DNA of 64,000 nucleotides from Puniceicoccales bacterium (GTDB lineage Bacteria; Verrucomicrobiota; Verrucomicrobiia; Opitutales; UBA9783): NCBI GenBank assembly GCA_031258545.1, contig JAIRMU010000019.1, positions 70,219 to 134,218 of the forward strand, read 5' to 3'. Shown piece by piece: positions 57,539 to 64,000 of this stretch (position 1 is its first letter; each line of letters starts with the position of its first letter). The notes under the pieces were generated by a model. It saw only the letters and a program-made list of their open reading frames with translations, ran no database searches and was not told where the DNA came from. The position numbers and the translations under genes were made by a program.

Positions 57539-58663
57539 TCATTGCTGTGTAAAAAATTTGCGCATGGTCACGCAGGTATATTCCAATTGTTCCAACGTTA
57601 AACCCGGGAAAATGGGTAAACTTAAAACCTCATTGGCCAGCGTATGGGCCACATGGGTCGCAATCCCTTTATCCGTAGATACATTTTGCATACACGCTTG
57701 TAAATCCAGCGTCTTTGGGTAATAAACAGCACTTTCAACGCCATGTTCTTCTAAAAATGATTGCAATGCGTTGCGTTGACCCTGGTGCACGCGAATCGTA
57801 TATTGATTCCATGTATGGTAACGATGTGGTAATTCTTTGGGTAACGTTATAAAATGTTCTAAAGAACCGAGCTGTTGTTGGTAAAATTGAGCATTGCGCC
57901 GTCTCTGCCGAATGTAATCGTTCACGTGGGGTAATTTAACGTTGAGCAATGCGGCTTGCAGGCTATCCATGCGAAAATTGCCCCCCAAATAAGTATGTTC
58001 ATATTTCCGAGTAGCACCATGCACGCGCAGGCATCGCGCTTTTTCGGCCAAATCCACATCATTTGTGGCAACAAGTCCTCCATCACCAAAGCCACCTAGA
58101 TTTTTGGTCGGAAAAAAGCTAAACGCACCGATCGTACCCCAAGAACCCGCTTGACGTTGATTGTACTGCGCTCCTTGCGCTTGTGCAACATCCTCCACAA
58201 TCCACAGCTTGTGTTTTTGGGCAAAGCTCTGAACAGCCTGGCAATCGCAACATTGACCAAACAAGTGTACGGAGATAATGGCTTTCGTTTTCGAACTCAC
58301 TTTTCTTTCGGCATCCTCCACATCGATGCCAAAATCCTCTGCACAAACGTCAACCCATACGGGTGTTGCCCCCAAACGCGCCACACAACTTGCCGTTGCA
58401 AAAAAGGTAAACGAAGGACACAGTATCTCATCACCCTTTTGAACATCCAATGCCATCAAAGCGAGCAAGAGGGCGTCTGACCCCGAAGATACCCCCAACG
58501 TAAACTTGCATCCCAAAGACTGCGCCATAGACCGTTCAAATGCCTCAACGGTATGCCCAAGAATAAAATTACCCGAACGAATGATGGCGTTGCATGCATC
58601 TAAAAATTGATCGTGTAAGTCATCATGAATGGGTGACAAATCGAACAAAGGCACGCGTCGCAT
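57539..58663 (-). CDS. DegT/DnrJ/EryC1/StrS-family PLP-dependent sugar aminotransferase
   Basis: ...GVSSGSDALLLAL..., FSFFPTKNLGGFGDGG (PLP-Lys), ...LRVHG..., size 374 aa. Confidence 0.88.
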   Translation of the reverse strand: MRRVPLFDLSPIHDDLHDQFLDACNAIIRSGNFILGHTVEAFERSMAQSLGCKFTLGVSSGSDALLLALMALDVQKGDEILCPSFTFFATASCVARLGATPVWVDVCAEDFGIDVEDAERKVSSKTKAIISVHLFGQCCDCQAVQSFAQKHKLWIVEDVAQAQGAQYNQRQAGSWGTIGAFSFFPTKNLGGFGDGGLVATNDVDLAEKARCLRVHGATRKYEHTYLGGNFRMDSLQAALLNVKLPHVNDYIRQRRRNAQFYQQQLGSLEHFITLPKELPHRYHTWNQYTIRVHQGQRNALQSFLEEHGVESAVYYPKTLDLQACMQNVSTDKGIATHVAHTLANEVLSLPIFPGLTLEQLEYTCVTMRKFFTQQ

Positions 58664-59220
58664 GCTAACAAAATAAAATTTCGAAACGATAATACCAGCT
58701 GTTTTTTGTGAATTTTACAACCGCCTACATGTTGCTTGCTCGATGACAATGCTTCTATGATAAACTTACAGTCACAAGTACTACTCTTAAAATATTATTA
58801 ATCAACGTGAATTGATGACTTCTATTTCATGTGATACTAGTTTTTAGCAGCCGACCGAACATTACTGTTTGCCAATAAAATCTATAATATACGGTTTTGG
58901 TAAGATCGATTTAGGGGCACAACCGAAAAATTTTCACAAGCGTCCTTGTGTTATTCGGCTGCTTTTAAATTTTCTTTCGGTGTAAGCATATACACATGAC
59001 GTTGTCCCGGCCATTGACGGTGGACTGCCATGACCAATAACCTTAAGTAATGATGCAATGTAGATAGAGCGTAACAGAAAAATGCGCGTAAGCCACGAAA
59101 ATGACTACCAGGTCGTAAATAGGTTCCAATACCGATACAGGTTAATCTATGGTCCATAAGATTTAGGCAGTCCTCCGAGGAGTTGGGAATGAATGTGCGT
59201 ATTTAAATGGACTGTACAAT

Positions 59221-59345
59221 CTTTCCGTTACCAGTCTGAGCCTGCAAAAACCGATTTTTCCACTATCAATCTTGCCCCATGGAGCTCAGTTTTGCCCTAA
59301 AGTTAACTTACTGTTGGTTACCCCATTGCAACCGAGGCATTTTCG
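59221..59345 (+). repeat. Degenerate direct repeat module, copy A
   Basis: CTTTCCGTTACCAGTCTGAGCCTGCAAAAACCGATTTTTCC...GAGCTCAGTTTTGCCCTAAAGTTAAC...CCCATTGCAACCGAGGCATTTTC aligns, with indels, to 59716-59825. Confidence 0.55.
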
Positions 59346-59715
59346 AAGGTATTTCTTTGCACCTCTACGACTTGCGAATGTCCCTCCGTGACGAATGCAG
59401 CGGTGGATTCACATGGTATGCGAGGAATCGTTGCCCGACTTTGATAGGGAACTCGGTGTGTAATTTGATGCCCCTATCCGCTCTCGCTGTATTCAGTTCC
59501 CCACCATCCTATGCGGCTTTCATTTAATCCAATGGCATTTTAGGATATAATTTATGCCAATGACATCAATGCCCGGTACAAGTTAAGAATTGTGCGCAAC
59601 GGGGCGATGAAATAACTTTAACAGAGGCCACAGACAGGCCGGCATAAATTTACCCCATGGGGCATATATTTTAAGCTCATATCAGCCCGGTAATTCGATC
59701 AATGGGCCGCATCCA

Positions 59716-59825
59716 CTTTGCCGCTGCTAGTCTGTGTCTGCAATAAATGATTTTACCGCTGCCAGAACTCAGCCTTACCGTAAAGTGAACATTTTCCAGC
59801 CATTGCTGAACAACCGAATTCTCTC
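59716..59825 (+). repeat. Degenerate direct repeat module, copy B
   Basis: CTTTGCCGCTGCTAGTCTGTGTCTGCAATAAATGATTTTACC...GAACTCAGCCTTACCGTAAAGTGAAC...GCCATTGCTGAACAACCGAATTCTC. Both copies contain stop codons in all frames. Confidence 0.55.
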
Positions 59826-59855
59826 CAAATACCTCCAAAAATACCGTGAAAACCC

Positions 59856-59885
59856 TTGACAGGGGTAGGTAGGAAAGGATACAAT
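59856..59885 (+). promoter_or_regulatory. Near-consensus sigma-70-type promoter
   Basis: TTGACA (59856-59861) - 18 nt - TACAAT (59880-59885). Predicted start ~59892, just before the octamer repeats. Confidence 0.45.
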
Positions 59886-59897
59886 AACTTAACTGTG

Positions 59898-59937
59898 AAG
59901 ACCTCAAGACCTCAAGACCTCAAGACCTCAAGACCTC
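59898..59937 (+). repeat. Perfect tandem octanucleotide repeat (AAGACCTC)x5
   Basis: Read directly: aagacctc aagacctc aagacctc aagacctc aagacctc, followed by the partial aaag. Confidence 0.95.
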
Positions 59938-60007
59938 AAAGCGTCTAAGCGCTTAATTGCCAACGTCGTTCCGGAATTAAAGGAATCTGGGCAACGATGG
60001 GGACTAA

Positions 60008-60259
60008 ATCGGACTCGAAAGCCAGTTTGGAAATTGAGACTTAAGCCGAGCTGGAGGCTAACCCCCAATCGAACATTGGAGCCGGTGCCAGTCTGGAGAT
60101 CGGAGCTAAGCTTAAGAGCCGATCGAGGATTAAAGCCGATCCAGAGATTGGAACCGGAACAACAGTTGAAGTCCGGTCGGCACCTGGACTCCAGTCAAAG
60201 GTTAAAAACCAGTCGAGGATCCGAGTCAGGTCAGAGATTGGGATGGTTAAAGTCCTTGG
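60008..60259 (+). repeat. Degenerate 18-nt tandem array, ~14 units (consensus about AGYCSRNTCNAGRGWTTRR)
   Basis: Units such as agccgatccagagattgg / agtcaggtcagagattgg / agccggtgccagtctgga / aaaccagtcgaggatccg are in strict 18-nt register. There are 14 GGA triplets between 60001 and 60270. In one frame the array reads as hexapeptide repeats (xxRLxP). Confidence 0.8.
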
Positions 60260-60297
60260 CATGTTCGGGATTCTTTCTTAATTTTATACGGTTTTGC

Positions 60298-61905
60298 ATG
60301 GTTCTTATCGGCGCAGTTTGCTTAACAAGGCCATTGGTTGCCTACACACCGCCATTTAGTTACAGACAGATTACTTTGACAGGGAATGCATTTAACCGGA
60401 CCTCAATGGGTAATAGTATTTGGTTTAAGATTCCATCGGTTGCCTGGGGTGCGACAAGCACCTGGGACGCATCAAATTTGTGGAATACCATACGGCCCGG
60501 TTGCATGGTGGATTCAACCGGTACTTTATATTATGTAGTACATTCATTCAATAATGGCTTTGCATGGTATCGTTTTATTGTAGGTAAAATTGTTCCCGAT
60601 GGAACGCAATCTAAATACGAATTTGCATTGAACGTATCTAGTATTGGAACCAATTACGCATTGTGGAAAAACAACATTGGAAGCGAAACAAGTCAATATG
60701 GAAATGTAGCTTGGATTACCATGATGCCCTGTATAGCCCAGGAGGCAAACGGTACATCGGAATATATTCATGTGATTACCTACATACCCCCCTCGCGTTG
60801 GTGGAATACCGGTTCGGGGGGCGATACGGAAGGTCTCATGCTGACGAAGATTAAAAAGTCGGATTTGAGCGTCACGGAAACAAAGTTTATATCGGCTTAT
60901 AAGGGAGATGGCAACTACGCAGGTCGTGGTTTACGCGCGGATGGGTTTGGCAATTTCACCTCATTGATCTACAATCGAAATTGCTTTACGGCCATTAATA
61001 ACGTGAACGAAGCAAAGACAGTTGTTTTTTGGCCGCACAAAAACAGCCACAGCATTAGCACCTATGATGCAAATGCAAGTTCATCTCATGGCCAGCTATT
61101 GCAAATAGATAATAATACTTTTGCTACAAGCTTTAGGACTAGTGAACTTGGGCCCACCAATACGACTTGCTGTGAGCCACGTGCAATCATGTTAACAGGA
61201 GATGAACATTACCGTCTTATAGTTTCGTCAGGGTATACTCCCAAACAAATACTATACAACGCCGATTGTGCGGGTGGGCCTCGTGGAACAAGTACGGATC
61301 AGATAGGTTATTTTGATACCAGTGGCAATACGGCAGCCGGCTGCAACTACCACTGTGATTTTGGTAGTGTAGATGGTTTTACCACCTACAAATCTCTTAT
61401 TTTAAGTATGACGAAGACTTCTCGGATTTGGTCGGCATCGTACGTTAGCTGGAACACCTCCTATGTCGTTTTGGCTCTTTTCAATTTCGATTATGGCAAT
61501 CAAACCTTGAATTGCCCTACCGAAAACTGCATTGCCGTCTTCCCCGTAACGACCGGAACGCATGAAGAGGCAACTTCGGCCACCACTTTGTACAAAAATA
61601 CATTTCAATTCGTCGTATACAACAATCACATCATTTACGCCTACTGCTATCCGGGCAATAAAACCCAGCTTGTCCTCGGCGTTGCCCGCTATCGATTGGA
61701 TGCCAACGGATATGTCCATCTATTGACCAAACGGGAATTTACAGACAAAGATGGTAATAGTTTTGGTAATTTGACAAATTGTAATCGCCTTCTTTTCATG
61801 GATGTCAAAAATGGCTACCTCTGGATCGTCCTTTTTCCAGTAGAATATAATGCCTACCCAGTTATTTGCATTCCAGCCCAGGATATTATCGATCATGCTT
61901 TTTGA
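60298..61905 (+). CDS. Hypothetical secreted/surface protein, aromatic- and Asn/Thr/Gly-rich (beta-rich)
   Basis: The ORF is open from TTG 60034 (track). Alternative in-frame starts are TTG 60256 and ATG 60298, immediately before the hydrophobic MVLIGAVCLTRPLVA. The mature part has no recognisable family. True start unresolved. Confidence 0.65.
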   Translation: MVLIGAVCLTRPLVAYTPPFSYRQITLTGNAFNRTSMGNSIWFKIPSVAWGATSTWDASNLWNTIRPGCMVDSTGTLYYVVHSFNNGFAWYRFIVGKIVPDGTQSKYEFALNVSSIGTNYALWKNNIGSETSQYGNVAWITMMPCIAQEANGTSEYIHVITYIPPSRWWNTGSGGDTEGLMLTKIKKSDLSVTETKFISAYKGDGNYAGRGLRADGFGNFTSLIYNRNCFTAINNVNEAKTVVFWPHKNSHSISTYDANASSSHGQLLQIDNNTFATSFRTSELGPTNTTCCEPRAIMLTGDEHYRLIVSSGYTPKQILYNADCAGGPRGTSTDQIGYFDTSGNTAAGCNYHCDFGSVDGFTTYKSLILSMTKTSRIWSASYVSWNTSYVVLALFNFDYGNQTLNCPTENCIAVFPVTTGTHEEATSATTLYKNTFQFVVYNNHIIYAYCYPGNKTQLVLGVARYRLDANGYVHLLTKREFTDKDGNSFGNLTNCNRLLFMDVKNGYLWIVLFPVEYNAYPVICIPAQDIIDHAF

Positions 61906-62130
61906 TGGTTGTAGCCAAAAGCAAAGATGCGAACAATTCCCTTTTGAAGCACGCATTCAAGTTGTTCTCGTATCGTTTTCATGGACATCAAGGGCAATCA
62001 TTTGTGGATAGCTTGGATGTCCATCGATAATAGGACGATTTATCATTTCCACATTAATCCCCAAGATTTAATCGATTGTACCGTATGATTTTTAGGAAAA
62101 TGCTTTAAATTTACTTAAGCCGTATTATAT

Positions 62131-63456
62131 TTGTTCCCTGTGATATACCTTAGTTTGGGGTCCAATCTTGGTCGTCGCCTGGAAAATTTACGTAAAGCGG
62201 TAGCCTTAATTCAAGAGCGTTGTTTGCAACATATCACATGTTCCATTATCTTGGAAACAAAGGCAATACTCCCGCCAAATGCTGCCCAAAATTGGGATTT
62301 ACCTTATTTGAACATGATTGTTTGCGGTGACACTACATTATCGCCGCAAACTTTATTGCAAGCTTTGGAGGAGATCGAAGTGGCAATGGGGCGTCCCACA
62401 GACCACCCAAAGTGGAGTCCTCGCGTGATTGATATAGATATTTTACTCTACGATACGGTGTGCCTTTCAACAGAACGTTTGACTTTGCCACATCCGGAAT
62501 TACTAAATCGTCCTTTTTTTTTACATTTATTGGCTTTACTGGATCCATGTTTGAAGCATCCCGGCAATGGCATTGATTTCGGAACGCTAGCCTTGGAGGT
62601 TTTGGGCAAAACCGATGCTACATTTTTGAAGAGCTTTAGTTTACAACCCAGATACATGGGTGTTGTGAACATAACCCCCGATTCGTTCTCGGATGGAGGA
62701 TTGCATTTTTCCACGGAAGCTGCCCTGCAGTGTGCCCATCAACTCGTTGCGGATGGAGCCAGCATTATTGATTTGGGTGCCCAGACAACGCGTCCAGGTT
62801 CAAAACAATGGGGACCCGAAGTGGAATTTGAACGCCTGCAACCCGTATTGGATACTTGGTACAACGATGCGTATCTCAAAGACATACCCGTTAGCATAGA
62901 TACCTATTGGCCAACATTGATGGTAAAATTGGTAGAAAAATACCCCATCGCCTGGATCAATGCCGTTCAATGCCCATTGGACGAATATGTTTTATCGGCG
63001 GTAGCACGTGCCGGGTGCCGCATTTGCGTTATGCATTCCTTGTCGATTCCGCCTCGGCGTGATATTCATCTACCCATTGGAGAATTACCGATGGCATCCA
63101 TTGAAATTTGGTTTGATTCACTTTTACCACGATTACGCAGGTGCGGATTTGAAGATAATGCAATTATTTTTGATCCCGGACTTGGTTTCGGCAAGACGAT
63201 TTACCAAAATTGGCTTCTATTGAAACAGGTGGAATGCATGCGAAAGTGGCAGTGCCCCATTTTGATAGGACATTCGCGCAAGTCTTTCTATCAAGCTGTC
63301 AGTCAAGAAGAAGCCCAGCAGAGGGATTTGGAAACCTTGGCCGTTTCAAATTATCTAAAGGGCTGCAAAATAGATTTTTTACGCGTGCACAACGTTCGTA
63401 TGCATCAAAGATTCTTCGCAACACAAAACTGTTTGGAAAGTTGTCATGCACGTTAA
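62131..63456 (+). CDS. folKP: Bifunctional HPPK / dihydropteroate synthase (FolK-FolP fusion)
   Basis: N-terminal HPPK: IYLSLGSNLGRRLENLRKAVALI, RVIDIDILLY, LPHPELLNRPFFL. C-terminal DHPS: MGVVNITPDSFSDGG, ...IIDLGAQTTRPG..., ...DPGLGFGKT..., GHSRKSF. Confidence 0.88.
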   Translation: MFPVIYLSLGSNLGRRLENLRKAVALIQERCLQHITCSIILETKAILPPNAAQNWDLPYLNMIVCGDTTLSPQTLLQALEEIEVAMGRPTDHPKWSPRVIDIDILLYDTVCLSTERLTLPHPELLNRPFFLHLLALLDPCLKHPGNGIDFGTLALEVLGKTDATFLKSFSLQPRYMGVVNITPDSFSDGGLHFSTEAALQCAHQLVADGASIIDLGAQTTRPGSKQWGPEVEFERLQPVLDTWYNDAYLKDIPVSIDTYWPTLMVKLVEKYPIAWINAVQCPLDEYVLSAVARAGCRICVMHSLSIPPRRDIHLPIGELPMASIEIWFDSLLPRLRRCGFEDNAIIFDPGLGFGKTIYQNWLLLKQVECMRKWQCPILIGHSRKSFYQAVSQEEAQQRDLETLAVSNYLKGCKIDFLRVHNVRMHQRFFATQNCLESCHAR

Positions 63457-64000
63457 ACCTATCAAAACCTGTCGCGTAAACGCATGCCAAGATTTGAATC
63501 AATTTGTAGATGCACATTTACCTACGATAAGCGAAGAAAGCATCGTTGTGATTACTTCCAAGGTCGTCAGCATTTGCGAGGGACGCACGGTACCCAAAAA
63601 TTCCATTACAAAAGAAAAACTCATCCAACAGGAGGCCGATATAATTATCGCCAGTGCCGAATCATCGGGTGAACGCATCGTTTTAACTTTAAAAAATAAC
63701 CTGCTCATTCCATCGGCAGGCATTGACGAATCGAACGGAAACGACGCATACGTGCTGTATCCCAAAGATTGTTTTGCGTCCGCAAAACAATTGTGGTCTC
63801 TTTTACGCACAAAACGCCGCGTACAACGATTGGGCATACTGATTACGGATAGTCATACCACCCCGTTGCGCAAAGGTGTAACGGGTATTGCGCTTGCTTG
63901 GTGGGGATTTGATCCGTTGTTCAGTTACATTGGAAAGCCGGATCTGTATGGGCACCCATTGCGCGTTACGTGCATTAATGTCGTCGATGCATTGACCGTA
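63446..64000 (+). CDS. CofE-like (F420-0:gamma-glutamyl ligase fold) protein, partial; candidate alternative folylpolyglutamate synthase (FolC2-type)
   Basis: My translation from ATG 63446: MHVKPIKTCRVNACQDLNQFVDAHLPTISEESIVVITSKVVSICEGRTV...LIPSAGIDESNGNDAYVLYPKD...LGILITDSHTTPLRKGVTGIALAWWGF... Runs off the right edge and overlaps the folKP stop by 11 nt. Confidence 0.7.
   Translation, partial: MHVKPIKTCRVNACQDLNQFVDAHLPTISEESIVVITSKVVSICEGRTVPKNSITKEKLIQQEADIIIASAESSGERIVLTLKNNLLIPSAGIDESNGNDAYVLYPKDCFASAKQLWSLLRTKRRVQRLGILITDSHTTPLRKGVTGIALAWWGFDPLFSYIGKPDLYGHPLRVTCINVVDALTV

Noticed and set aside
58664-60033. Checked the large non-coding stretch for RNase P RNA (GGAAAGUCC, ACAGAA.CCGGCUUA), tmRNA (GGGGC 5' end, T-arm plus CCA 3' end), SRP RNA, a group II intron domain V, and a DGR template/variable repeat pair.
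   Set aside because: None of the diagnostic motifs is present on either strand. The two related modules differ by indels rather than A-specific substitutions, and no reverse transcriptase is nearby.
60008-60259. Repeat array considered as a CRISPR array.
   Set aside because: The units are contiguous (no spacers), only 18 nt long and degenerate, and no cas genes are in the window.

Overview
64-kb chromosomal window, moderately AT-rich by eye. All calls come from motif recognition in the supplied translations plus my own reading of the DNA; no database search or computation was possible. Lineage clues point tentatively to a host-associated bacterium in or near the Planctomycetes-Verrucomicrobia-Chlamydiae group: an unusual EF-Tu switch-I segment, a folKP fusion followed by a CofE-like gene, and an FHA-type SctD. 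Layout: (1) 1-10.9 kb, minus strand: canonical tRNA-Thr/tuf/tRNA-Trp/secE/nusG/rplKAJL/rpoB block, then a GT10-type fucosyltransferase wedged between tRNA-Thr and tRNA-Leu, then pyrG. (2) 11-40.8 kb: housekeeping genes (rpiB, ybeY, prfA, argS, rluD-like, rplU-rpmA, rpoD-dnaG, lptF/G-like, tolB-like, tyrP-like, cspA, sucDC, rpoN) interspersed with lineage-specific secreted or membrane proteins. One is a 779-aa protein with two poly-proline tracts (14 and 13 Pro), a candidate host-cytoskeleton effector. (3) 40.9-44.0 kb: a repeat-structured accessory cassette between rpoN and the secretion operon. Roughly 148-bp inverted repeats sit upstream of two convergent genes, a translocator-like protein and a Cys-cluster secreted protein. 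There is also a ~235-bp direct repeat carrying a gene-tail fragment, and a recurring AGCCGTCTTG motif. (4) 44.1-54.0 kb: a tightly packed injectisome-type T3SS operon, sctD-E-F-G-I-J-K-L-N-O-P-Q-R, which stops abruptly after sctR. No sctS/T/U/V/C is present in the window. (5) 54-64 kb: hexapeptide transferase, tRNA-Val, CPBP protease, membrane protein and DegT aminotransferase. A 1.4-kb non-coding stretch follows, containing duplicated modules, a near-consensus promoter, an (AAGACCTC)x5 microsatellite and a 14-unit degenerate 18-nt GGA-rich array leading into an unknown secreted protein. The window ends with folKP and a partial CofE/FolC2-like gene. Several start codons were moved to internal Met codons where homology or neighbouring genes argued for it.
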